Below are positions 37,701-49,542 of a DNA stretch of 64,000 nt, in pieces. Position 1 is the first letter of the stretch. Each line of letters starts with the position of its first letter. The notes beneath the pieces were generated by a model that saw nothing but the letters and a program-made list of their open reading frames with translations, made no database searches and was not told where the DNA came from. The DNA is taken from assembly GCA_035221665.1 (NCBI GenBank), contig CM069161.1, positions 21,266,001 through 21,330,000 on the forward strand, written 5' to 3'. Both the position numbers and the translations under genes were made by a program. Source of the stretch: Okamejei kenojei. Taxonomy: Eukaryota.

Positions 37701-39785
37701 GATTAATTAAATTGGAATTTAGAAAGGAGATTCATAAGTATTCGGAATTTGGCTAATCGAAAAACATGGAAGGAAGGGATTTTCTGTTAAAAAATTACTA
37801 CGCATATAATGGAGGTTACAAATCTTTTGGTATGTGTTGGGGAAAATTTTTTCATCCTTGGATTCCAATATCATTTTACATCGAAAGTGTTTTCAACTCA
37901 GAAAACTTCAGTTCCCCATTAATTAAACTTGCTGTGAGTTCACAAGGAAAAGACAATACTAAAATTAATGAAAATTATACAGGAATTGAAAGGCAATGTA
38001 GTGTATTTATAAGCATGCACATAAGTACATTTACACTTGGCAGCAACATAATATAGCGATTTTATTATTGCTTTTTTATATCTTATTTATTTTAGTGCAA
38101 GTTTTTGGATGGTATTCTTTGTGCAATTTAATCTCAGATTAATACATTTATTAAATATTGAAATAAGTTTTTTCTACAAAGTGTGACTAACCCATGACTG
38201 GAAATTGATGCAAACATCATGATAGTAAAAAACAACCTAAGCAAGCTTGATATGTGGTATAACTCAAAGATTATTGGAATTTCGAGATTAATGTTGTTTT
38301 TTATCATCACGGATATTGGATGAGGTAGCGTGGACGGTGGATTACAACTGCCACAGCATTGGTAAAGGGAATAAGATGAAGTGTTTAAGGAACTGAAAGA
38401 AAGTAAATTAGTAAAAATAATTGAATTTGGGGAAATTAATGGATGAAAGGCATTAATGTAAGGATTCAAGAATGTATACACGGTTTTGTGAGGGTGGAGC
38501 TTGGTTGTCAACTTTTAAATTACGAATTAGCAGGGTCAATTGCACCAAACGCAAATGAACACCAAATAGGAAGGAGAGGCTGCGGAAGAAAAAGGGGGTG
38601 GGGGGGGGCTATAGACTGTTATTCTGAACAGGAGAAAACTATGGAATCCATAAATTATCCAGCAGATTGGAAAGATGACGGTTTTTACGAAAAGCGGAGA
38701 AAATGTATTGCAAATTAGTTAGGATTATAATGAGTTCTTTCAATAAGAAAGAAAGGGCAAATCATTCGTGTGGTGGATTTGTACTTTCCGGAAAGCCTTC
38801 ATCAGATGAAATAGGTTATTGAACAATATGAATAATTGGCCTGCGATGGCAATTTAAATTTTTTAAGAAAAATTGACGAGGAATGATTAAAGGCAGCAAG
38901 TAGAGAAGAATTAATAGGTCACATTTGCGTTGAACAGCTTATTACATTGGGCGTTGTCAATAATAGTGCTAGGCATCATATCAATAATTTAATGGGAGTG
39001 AGTTGCAAAGAACATATAGAAAGGCTGCTGGGGATCACATAGGAGGACAATGAATGGGAAGGCTACCAAGTAGTTATGAAAAGAAGGAAACGAGTAGTTT
39101 TTTTATTAAAAGGTTGGAGAACGTGAAAGATATTAGCAAGAAGAGGGCAGTACATAAATCAGGGTTATATGCAGGTTGTGACAAGTGGGGTTGTTGTTTA
39201 TGTCTCTATTATTCTGTAATCAATTAATCCATGTCAGTATATTACCCAAAAGCAATGTTCTCTATTTGTTGTCAAATGTTTGAGTGGACCTTATGAAGGT
39301 TTCTAAAAGTTGAATCTCACACATTCACTCTTTCATGTTATCTTTCTGTCAAATAAGAACAAAAAAAACCAAACCGTCTGCCAAAAGGATTTTCTTTATA
39401 TTATGATGAAGGGAGGAGGACTGGCAAATGTTGTGCCTTCTCACAGTGATTATGCTGTGGTAGATGTTTGTGTTTAAATTTTATTGTGTTTTTGTTGTGT
39501 TCTTTTTATCAAGTCCAAGCTGGCAAATTAATTTACTTTATGTGCAAGTGACGTAATACCATGATTGATTGATTGATTGATGTCTTGACCAATCGTCCTT
39601 TTATATGGTCTTGAAATTATTACTAAAGAGCATTCGGAAGTTAGTAGTTTGTTGGTCTATTTGAGAGTGAATTTGAGTACAGGAATCAAAAATGATTGTT
39701 CAATTTAAACATCCACACTTTAAAGATACCACCATTACGATCTTGTTGATTCAATCATTCATTCGGAAAGACTACCCTCAACTTT

Positions 39786-40285
39786 NNNNNNNNNNNNNNN
39801 NNNNNNNNNNNNNNNNNNNNNNNNNNNNNNNNNNNNNNNNNNNNNNNNNNNNNNNNNNNNNNNNNNNNNNNNNNNNNNNNNNNNNNNNNNNNNNNNNNNN
39901 NNNNNNNNNNNNNNNNNNNNNNNNNNNNNNNNNNNNNNNNNNNNNNNNNNNNNNNNNNNNNNNNNNNNNNNNNNNNNNNNNNNNNNNNNNNNNNNNNNNN
40001 NNNNNNNNNNNNNNNNNNNNNNNNNNNNNNNNNNNNNNNNNNNNNNNNNNNNNNNNNNNNNNNNNNNNNNNNNNNNNNNNNNNNNNNNNNNNNNNNNNNN
40101 NNNNNNNNNNNNNNNNNNNNNNNNNNNNNNNNNNNNNNNNNNNNNNNNNNNNNNNNNNNNNNNNNNNNNNNNNNNNNNNNNNNNNNNNNNNNNNNNNNNN
40201 NNNNNNNNNNNNNNNNNNNNNNNNNNNNNNNNNNNNNNNNNNNNNNNNNNNNNNNNNNNNNNNNNNNNNNNNNNNNNNNNNNNNN
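39786..40285. other. Assembly gap (500 N)
   Basis: Run of exactly 500 N, a fixed-size scaffolding gap of unknown true length. Confidence 1.
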
Positions 40286-43200
40286 TGGGAAGTTATGAAA
40301 TTAAGGAAAGGAGATATGTGTTGATGAGATGAGTATTATGATGTTGTGGGTTGCTGTTAAGAGGAGTCATGTTGAATGAGGGAAAGGTTTTGTGATGAAG
40401 GGCAAGGGGGCTGGGCTTTCGGTGCAAGGAATTGCCCGGGAAGGGTAGAGTGAGGGAGGGAAGAAGGACAAGGGAGTGCGGAGGAGCGGTCTTTTGCGAA
40501 GGCATACAGGGGGGAGATGAAGAGTGGCGTGGAGTCACGTTGGAGGTGGCGAAATTGGCGAGGACTAATGTTGTATTTTGCCGGCTGGTGGGGTGAAAGT
40601 GAGGACCAGGGGACCACTGCCCTGTTTGCGAGTGGGGGAATGGGGAGCGAGGGCATGGTTTGCGGGGTATGAGGGAGACCCTGGTGCACCCATCAATAGG
40701 GGGGGAGGGGAATCCCCGTTCCTGAAGAATGAGGCCATTGTGATGACCTGGTGTGGAAACCCCCATCCTGGGAGGCAGATGCGGCGTAGACCGGAGGCAT
40801 TGGGAATAGGGATGGAGTCCTTACGGGGAGGAAGCAGGGTGGGAGGGAGGAGTTTCCAGGTAGCTGGGGGAGTCATAGGTTTTGTAGTTGATTTCGTCAG
40901 GAGTGTATCACCTGCAATAGAGATGGTGAAGGTCAAGGAATGTAGGGAAGTGTTCGGAAATGGTTCCAAGTGTATTAGAGTGCCGAATGGAAGTGGTGGT
41001 GAAATGAATGAAACGTCAGTCAGTTGTGTGTGGGTGAGGAGGTGACACCAAAAGCAGTCGTCGATGTAACGAGGTAGAGGTCGAGGATGGGGCCCTGGTA
41101 TGCCGAAGAACAAGATTGTTCGTCATACCCAACAAAGAGGCGAGCGTAGCTTGGGCCCATTCGTGTGCCCATAGCTACGCCTTGTGTTTGGAGGAAATGG
41201 TAGGAATCAAAAGAGAATGATTGAGGGTGAGGCCTAACTTCGCTAGCGGAGGAGGGTGTCAGTGACGGTATGGGTTGGCTCCTCTGGTCGCGGAAGAACC
41301 GGAGGGCTTGAACCGTCCTGGTGGGGGATGGAGGTGTAGAGTGACTGGACGTCCATGGACAGAGGAGAGGATGGGGGGCCTGGGGAATGGAATGCACAGC
41401 CACGGAAGTGTCCTGAGGTGTCTTGAACAAGGTAGGGAGGGATTTAACAAAGGGGAATAGGAAGGCGTCAAGGAAGTGGAAATGTGTTCGGTGGGGCACA
41501 ACAGCAGAGAGACAATGGTTTTCTGCCAGGGCATCGGTTGTGGATTTTGAGGGAGAAGGAAATCGGGCCGTCGGGGCTGGGAAACGATGAGGTCGAGGCT
41601 CGGGGGGTAAGAGCCGGAAGCTGTGAAGTTGGTATGTGCTCGAGATGGTGGCCTGGTGTTCGTCAGTGGGACATTGTCCCAGGGTAGGTAGGAGGAGGTT
41701 GTCCAGAGTTTGGGCGCCTGGCATCCCGCATGTAGAGTCAGATGCCGCCAGACTACCACGTCACCTCCCTTGTCGAGCGGGTTTGATAACCCATCTGGTG
41801 TTACGGAGTGAGTCGATGGCAGTACGTTCGGGGTGAGAGATTGGAGTGAGACAGGGGAGTGAGAAGTCGGAGGCGGTTGAGTCCCGACGGCAGTTTGTGG
41901 ATAAATAGTTCTAGAGCCGGAAGGCTAACGAGGGGGGGTCCAGGTGGAGGGGTGACGTGGAGACAGGAAAAGAGGGATCATCAGTGGGGGGCGAGGACTT
42001 CTTCCCCCGTGGAAGAACGCGTGAGCGAGGCCGACGGTAGAAGAGCTCCAAGTCGTGGTTGGGCCGGAACTCATTGAGGTGGGGACGAGGGGGAACAAAG
42101 TAAGACCTCTGCTGAGACAGACCGTTCGGTGTCGAGAAGGGATGCGGTCCGGGGGGATGGTGAACAAACACGCGCAATGAAGGGGTTGTGGCCGAGGAAG
42201 GCAGTGAGTGAACTGAGGAACGGAGCGTTGAGTGGGGGGGGTGGAGGGTGGTCAGGGGTGGGGGGTATGGGGGCTGTGGTGTGTTGGTGAAGTAGCGGGT
42301 TACATGGTAGGGGGGGATGGGGACATCCAGTGGAAATAGCCACTAAGGTTTACTGGGGCTGGGGAGACGGGCCACTAGGACTCATGTGGTGGGAGGAGTT
42401 AGCAACGTGGAGCTTCAGGCCCACTGTAAGTCCAGTTCTGCAGGTGAGGCGACGGCTGCGGCGCGGAGGGCGGGGAGGTCGTGGGTCGCGGGCCGAAGGT
42501 AGGAGTCCGCGAGCATGGAGTCGGGGTCGGCGTGCGATGGTGTTGGCTGTCCCGGTGGGCGGGTGGTCGTCCGACCACAGTCTCGAGCGGCGAGATGAGT
42601 GGGTGCGTGCGGCGGCCATGTTCGGGAGGCCCCGGTCCGGCGGCGATGCTCTGTAGCCCGTCCGGCGGCGATGCAAGTGAGGCGGGTGCGGCTGTGGTCT
42701 TCGGCGGGCCCAGAGCACTGGAGATGCTGGATGGGCCCGGTGCGGCGATGGATTAGTGGTCCCGGGGGCGGCGAGTTTCGGCAGTCGCGTTGTGGCTGGT
42801 GAGGGCGGTGGAATCGGGTTGGGAGATAAACAGAGTTACCATGCAGCCAGCGGCTGGGCAACATCGGTTGCAAGGTGAGGTCGCGCAGCTCGCGTGGAGG
42901 TCGGTGAAGGTGGCGTCCTGGTGAGTCCTGGAGGCCGCTCCTCGTGGACACGATGGCGTCGGGGGGACTCAGGCCGCGGCTCGGCCAGAGTTGGGGCCCG
43001 TGGCCTTCAGGCGGCGTCGTGTTGGGGATTGACGGTGGCTGGAACGGCCTGAGGCGGGCTACAATTTCAGGTCCCTTGGGGAGGTAAGGTGGGATAGGAT
43101 TGTAGATAGAAGCGGATCTTCCGGAGATGTAGTGGGGGGGTAGTGAGGTCCGTTGCAGTCTGGTAGTGAGGCCCGAAGTTTCGGAGAGTCCAATGCGAGG

Positions 43201-43575
43201 TCCTGCTGGTGTCGGGCGCATTGCAACCAGAGGTGGATCTTAGTGCCCGGTTAAAATGAGAATTGTACAGTGTGGCGGCAGATAAGTGCCCGTCGGTACC
43301 GATAGTCCGGCTGGGTCCGAACTGGGAGCAGGGAATTTGGAGCTGGAATCCTTGGGGTATGAGATGAGCGCAGGCTAGCCCCGAGGAAGCAGATGTGGCT
43401 GTGGGTATCGATCTGGGTGAGGGTGTGGTCGTAGAGTTGAGGGAAGGGGTATCACAGAGGGGGAGCAGTTAGAGAGGAGGTTGTGAAACTGTCTTCCGTA
43501 GGGAGGAGGAGAACTTCTTCAAAGTAGCATACCTTGAAGGAGATGTCGCAGTGGAGTAGACAAAGTGTAACGAAG
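40286..43575 (-). mobile_element. Penelope-like retroelement, near full-length unit running into the gap (error-rich)
   Basis: Minus-strand fragments: LSRGLT.F.P (about 42100), LELFYRR, QTQGVAMGTRMGPSYARLFVGY (about 41130-41190), RYIDDC (about 41060), KDSIP...LRRIC. 40330-41795 is colinear with 44230-45725. Confidence 0.88.
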
Positions 43576-45736
43576 AAACTGCAGAATGCTGGAGAATCGA
43601 GGGTTACCAAAATGCTGGAGAAACTCAGCGGGTGCAGCAGCATCTAAGAGCGAAGGAGATAGGCGACGTTTCGGGTCGAGACCCTTCATCAGACTGGTCC
43701 AGGGATCAGGGAAACGAGAGATATAGACGGTGATGTGAGAGAATAAAGAACAATGAATGAAAGATATGCCAAAAAAGTATCGATGATAAAGGGAACGAGC
43801 CATTGTAAGCTCTTTGTGGTGTGAAAATGAAAGCTAGTGCGACTCGGGAGGGGGAGGGAGATAGAGATAGAGGGGAATGCCAGGGCCCGAGGGCTAGGAG
43901 AGGTGGGAGGGGGAGAGACAGCAGGGGTTAACAGAATTGAGAAAATTCGATGTTCAAGCCAAAGGATGCAAACTCCCCAAGCGGAATATGAGGTGCTGTT
44001 CCTCCAACTTCGTGGTTGCTCACTCTGGCCATGGAGGAGGCCCAGGACCGAGAGGTCGGATTCGGAATGGGAGGGGAGTTTGAAGTGCTGAGCGACCAGG
44101 GAGGTCTGGGGGGGTTGGTTTTTGCGGACCGAGCGGAGGTGTTCGGCGAAACGATCGCCAAGCCTCCGCTTGGTCTCACCGATATAGATCATCTGGCATC
44201 TGGAGCAACGGATGCAGTAGTAGATGAGGTTGGAGGAGGTGCAGGTGAACCTCTGTCGACCTGAAGGACTGCTTGGGTCCCTGAAAGGAGTGGAGGGGGA
44301 GTGAAGGGACAAGTGTTGCATTTCTTGCTGTTGCAAGGAAAGTGCCTGGGGAAGCAGTAGAGCGGGAGGGAGGGAAGAATGACAAGGAGTCGCGGAGGGA
44401 GCGGTCTTTGCGGAAGGCAGACAGGGGGGAGATGGAAGATGTGGCGGGTGGAGGGGTCACGTTGGAGGTGGCGAAACTGGCGGAGGACTATCTGTTGTAA
44501 TTTTGCCGGCTGGTGGGGTAAAGGTGAGACCCAGGGGACTCTGCCCTGTTTGCGAGTGGGGAATGGGGAGAGAGGGCAGTGTTGCGGGTATGGAGGAGAC
44601 CCTGGTGCGAGCCTCATCAATAGTGGGAGGGGAATCCCCGTTCTCTGAAGAATGAGGCCATTTCTGATGACCTGGTGTGAAACGCCTCATCCTGGGAGCA
44701 GATGCGGCGTAGACGAAGGAATTGGGAATAGGGGATGGAGTCCTTACAGGAAGCAGGTGGGAGGAAGAGTAGTCCAGGTAGCTGTGGGAGTCAGTGGGTT
44801 TGTAGTGGATTCGGTCAGGAGTGTATCACCTGCAATAGAGATTGTGAGGTCAAGGAATGTAGGGAAATGTCGGAAATGGTCAAGTGTATTTGAGTGCCGG
44901 ATGGAAGTTGGTGGTGAAATGAATGAAGTCAGTCAGTTGTGTGTGGGTGCAGGAGGTGACACCAAAGCAGTCATCGATGTAACGGAGGTAGAGGTCGGGG
45001 ATGGGGCCCTGGTACGCCGAGAACAAGGATTGTTCGACGTACCCAACAAAGAGGCAAGCGTAGCTGGGCCCATGCGTGTGCCCATAGCTACGCCTTGTGT
45101 TTGGAGGAAATGGGAGGAGTCAAAAGAGAAGTTATTGAGGGTAAGGACCACTCCGCTAGGCGGAGGAGGGTGTCAGTGGACGGGTATGGATTGCTCCTCT
45201 GGTCGAGGAAGAACCGGAGGCTTTGAGACCGACCTGGTGGGGGATGGAGGTGTAGAGTGACTGTACGTCCATGGTAAAGATGAGAGGATGGGGGCCTGGA
45301 GAATGGAATGCACGGAGCCGACGGAGAGTGTCTGAGGTGTCTTGAACATAGGTGGGGGAGGATTTAACAAAGGGGGATAGGATGCGTCAAGGTATGTGGA
45401 AATGTGTTCGGTGGGGCACGAACAGGGCAGAGACAATGGGTCTGCCAGGGCAGTCGGGTTTGTGGATTTTGGGGAGAAGGTAAAATCGGGGCCGTGCGGG
45501 GCTGGGAAACCGATGAGGTCGGAGGCTCGGGGGGGTAAGGAGCCGGAGCTGATGAAGTTGGTTATGGTGCTCGAGATGGTGGCCTGGTGTTCGTCAGTGG
45601 GGTCATGGTCCAGGGGTAGGTAGGAGGAGGTGTCCGAGAGTTGGCGCATGGCCTCCGCTTTGTAGAGGTCGATGCGCCAGACTACCACGGCACCTCCCTT
45701 GTCGGCGGGTTTTGATAACCCAGTCTGGGTTTTCAA
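43576..45736 (-). mobile_element. Penelope-like retroelement, 5'-truncated unit: RT + GIY-YIG endonuclease + terminal repeat
   Basis: KPADKGGAVVVW (about 45700), LVLTLNNFSFDSSHFLQTQGVAMGTRMGP, YIDD, and FTCTSSNLIY.CIRCSRCQMIYIGETKRRLGDRFAEHLRSVRK (GIY-YIG, about 44130-44250). RT plus GIY-YIG is diagnostic of PLEs. Confidence 0.93.
43665..43692 (-). ncRNA. Minimal type I hammerhead ribozyme motif in the PLE terminal repeat
   Basis: Minus strand CTGATGA-A-GGGTCTCGACCC-GAAAC-GTC with a canonical CUGAUGA box. The location in a PLE pLTR matches published PLE hammerheads. Confidence 0.8.
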
Positions 45737-46619
45737 ACAGTTTATTTGTCCATCAGATTTCCAGCAACTTCTATTTTTACTTTTTATTCAATAAATAGAT
45801 TTGAAAGTAAATGCCACTCTTAAAAAAAAAAACAATTAAGGCACACAGGGAAGATTCATTGATTTGTTTTTGTGGCGATAATGGTGGGAGCTACATTTGA
45901 AAGATTGCGGTTAATATAGTTAATGTACATCTGCGCTATGAGGACCATGAGGAAACTGTATTCTATATCTTAGTCAGTATAGTGAAGGATTTAATATACA
46001 ACTGTAATATTCCTTGAAACTAAGAAAGATCAAGCAATGGTATGATATAATCTAGCAATCAAAATATGGAAGATACTCTCTACTTTTAGCCTGCTATATA
46101 TTGCTCTTAATAATGGTCAGGTGAAAAATAAGCACTCAATTTTGCTGCAACTCTAAGAAATGGCATACTGTTCTGGTAATCCAGATTGCTGAGCCAGTGT
46201 AAATTATTTGGAATAAAACTGACAGATGTGACACAGAATGGTTTCCCCCACCCACCCCCGAAAAATTAACGTGACTCAAAGATAATGCGAGTTGTACAAA
46301 TGTTATTTGAGAATCATCTGAATAAGTTTCCCGACCCGAAACATCAGCCGTCCATTTCCTCCACAAATGCTGCTTGACCTGCTGAGATCTTCCAACACTT
46401 TATGTTTGTACCTATGCCACTGATTCTTTGGAATGCTCAGTAAAGGTAATTAGAATAAAACTACCTTGACTATAGACTTGATTTGTAAAGGTAAGTACGC
46501 AACTGCTTGTTTTTGTTTTTGATTGTCAACAGCTCACAGGCAATTAATTCTAACTAGATTAATTGAGAAACGTGGCACAAATTCTTTGTTCCACGTCAAT
46601 AAAATACACCCATTATGTA

Positions 46620-47440
46620 ATCACTGTGCAATGATGCGAAGTTGGTGACAGAACGAGCTGTAAAGCAAAGGCTGAGAGAATTTAGGGAGATAAAGACTAT
46701 GAATGGGCAAGGATATGACAAATGGATATGATGTGGGGAATATGTAGGGTCATCTACATTTGGAATAGAGATAGAGAATATTTGTTAAATTACAATTGTA
46801 ATCATTGAGCCATAGGTTTTCTTCTACACCAATCATTCAATGCTATATATAATTAGGAAGCAAATTGTATGCTGGCTTCTGGCACAAAATAATTTGTGAA
46901 CAGGTGTAAAGAAATCCTACTTCAATTAAATAGCAGTGGTGAGACTGCACTTGGCGAATCTGCACAATGCACGAGTATTAGAAGGGCAGTGAATATTCAT
47001 CAGATTCATTCCTGGCATAGGGTCTTCATTTCAACGAGGAACGTTTACCATGAATGGACCAATACTCTTTGAAGATTAGGAAAATAGAAGGCGATTTCAT
47101 TGAAAAAGACAAAATTATTATTTGTAAACCAGCATCTGCAGTTTGACAGAGTGCTTGCATGAATGATGCATCCCTTAGCTGGGGTATCTGGAACCAGGGT
47201 CATAGTTTCAAAGTATGGGTGCGACCGTTCAAGATTGAAACAAGAAGATATTTCTTTAGCCAGAATATAATGATTCCTTTGTTATACCAGACAAAATATT
47301 TTTTACATATTTCAGGGAATCAATGATTTTGGAATGAAAGCTGGATAAATGGTACCAAGCGGAAAGATTAGTCACAATCTTCTTAAATGGCAACATAGGC
47401 CTGAGAGGTTGAATAGCCTTTCTTACTCCTATTCCTTAAA
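46620..47440 (+). mobile_element. Old degraded CR1 LINE fragment
   Basis: Remnants such as gtggtgagactgcacttgg, accagggtcatagtttcaaagt and a 3' end ataggcctgagaggttgaatagcctttcttactcctatt. Confidence 0.55.
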
Positions 47441-47944
47441 GAAGCATTAAGGAAATATGATTCACACTGGAGGTTACTTTATTATATTTTCCAGGTTATA
47501 TTTTCAGACACCACACAAACAATTTTATCTCAGTAAAATCCTGACTAAATAAATAGTTAGATAAATAGTACTCAGCCTTTATAAATGGGAATAGATGACA
47601 GAAGCATACTTAACCCAAAAACAAAGTTATCATGAAAACATTTTCTACATTGAAAAATTTCATACAAGATAAACCTTTATTGGAGTTGGAAACAGTTAAA
47701 ATGAACCATATGTCAATGCCAAATTGCAAATTGCAGCTTCAAAAAACACAAAAATTGATTCTATATCAAAGACAACGAGAGATGAGGTGACAAAGGTGGG
47801 GCTTGAGAGGAGAGAGTGGAGTTTGAAGGGTATATGGAGTGAATTTATGTTGCCTGGCATCTGACAGCATAGATGCCAAAGAATGAAACACAGGAGAACA
47901 AACGTGACTTGAATTAAGTTCAGCCAGTGATCACATGCAAAGTG

Positions 47945-48778
47945 GGTAGTCAAAAATGCTGGAGAAACTCAGCGGGTGAGGCAGCATCTATGGAGAGAAG
48001 GAATAGGTGACGTTTTGGGTTGAGACCCTTCTTCAGTCTGATGTGGGGGGGGGGTCGGCAAAAAGAAAGGAAGAGGCGGAGACAGTAGGCTTGTGGGAGA
48101 TCTGGGAAGGGGAGGGAGAAAGCAAGGACTATCTGAAATTGGAGAATAGACAATAGGCAATAGACATTAAGGTGCAGGAGTAGGCCATTTGGCCCTTCGT
48201 GCCAGCACCGCCATTCAATGTGATCATGGCTGATCATCCCCAATCAGTACCCCGTTCTTGCCTTCTCCCCATATTCTCTGACTCCGCTATCTTTAAGAGC
48301 CCTATCTAGCTCTCTCTTGAAAGTATCCAGAGAACTGGCCTCCACCGCCCTCTGAGGCAGAGAAGTAAATGTTCATACCACTGGGGTGTAAATTGCCCAA
48401 GTGAAATATGAGGTGCTGTTCCTCCAATTTGCACTGGGCCTCACTCTGGCAATAGAAGAGGCCCATGACAGAAAGGACCTTCTGAAAGGACCTCATATTT
48501 CGCTTGGGCAGTTTACACCCCAGCGGTATGAACATTGACTTCTCCAATTTCAGATAGTATTTGCTTTCTCCCTCCTTCCCCTCCCCAGCTCTCCCACAAA
48601 TGTACTGTCTCTGCCTCTTCCTTTCTTCCCCCCCCCCCCCGACATTAGTCTGAAGAAGGGTCTTGATCCAAAACATCGCCTATTCCTTCTCTCCACAGAT
48701 GCTGCCTCACTGGCTGAGTTTCTCCAGCATTTTTGTCTACCTTCGGTTTTTCCAGCATCTGTAGTTCTTTCTTAAACA
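47945..48778. mobile_element. Inverted pair of Penelope 3' fragments with a nested CR1 3' end (48146-48362)
   Basis: The minus copy (47945-48145 + 48363-48480) and plus copy (48490-48778) are reverse complements including the ORF end LIF.LG.LHPSGMNI. The CR1 insert is bounded by gagaa on both sides. Confidence 0.85.
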
Positions 48779-49445
48779 TGTCAGGTGGGCGTATCTGGAG
48801 TCATAGCACGTTGTGTTGGATACTGAAAATCATGTCTTTGACCTTTACAACTAGAGTGAAACATTGAAAGTGGTCCAGGACTAAATATAGGACTGAAGTT
48901 AAACAAGTTGACAAAAAAGGGGTCAACAATTATAACAAAGGTCTGTGACTCATCTGTCTATGAATGGAATCTCACACATGCATCATATGCATGAGTCTGG
49001 AAGAGAAAGGGCTAGGTGAGTACCTGTAGGGGCAACTGAGGAAATAAATTGGTGTCATGAAAAAATATATATTACTGAGGAAAGCAAGTTAAACAATTTT
49101 GTTCAAATTCAAAGCTTCTGTGAAACAGTTCTACTTTATACTGACATTGAACTTACCTTATAATGATAAAGTCAAAGTCAATGTGGGCTAGTGGAAAAAA
49201 GAGTGGGAGGGAAACTCCCTGGATTTGCATTAGACCCATTGGGTTTAACACCACATGCAGCACAACTTTAGTGTGACGTTAAATTGCATTTACAAGGACC
49301 CCTAAGGAATTTATTGGATCTCTTACCACATTTTAAACCTACCTGGAGTTAATTAAAATGTTTACAAAGTATGAATGCTGCAAACTACATGCTTTCATTG
49401 TTTCTTTTAACTATTGGCCTTTTAAACTCATGTGAATAGAGAGAG

Positions 49446-49542
49446 GGTAGGCACAAAATGTTGGTGTAACTCAGCGGGACAGGCAGCTTCTCTAGAGAGA
49501 AGGAATGGGTGACGTTTCGGGTCGAGACCCTTCTTCAGACTG
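49446..49542 (-). mobile_element. Short Penelope-3'-end unit with intact hammerhead core and 8-bp TSD
   Basis: Core gacgtttcgggtcgagacccttcttcag at 49511-49538. Flanking direct repeat atagagag at 49436-49443 and 49543-49550. Confidence 0.85.

Noticed and set aside
39692-40324. 210-aa ORF in the track
   Set aside because: Almost entirely X residues from the 500-N gap.
41859-43221. Cluster of long GC-rich ORFs on both strands
   Set aside because: They lie within the error-rich 5' part of the Penelope element. GC-rich sequence lacks stops, and no independent gene is supported.
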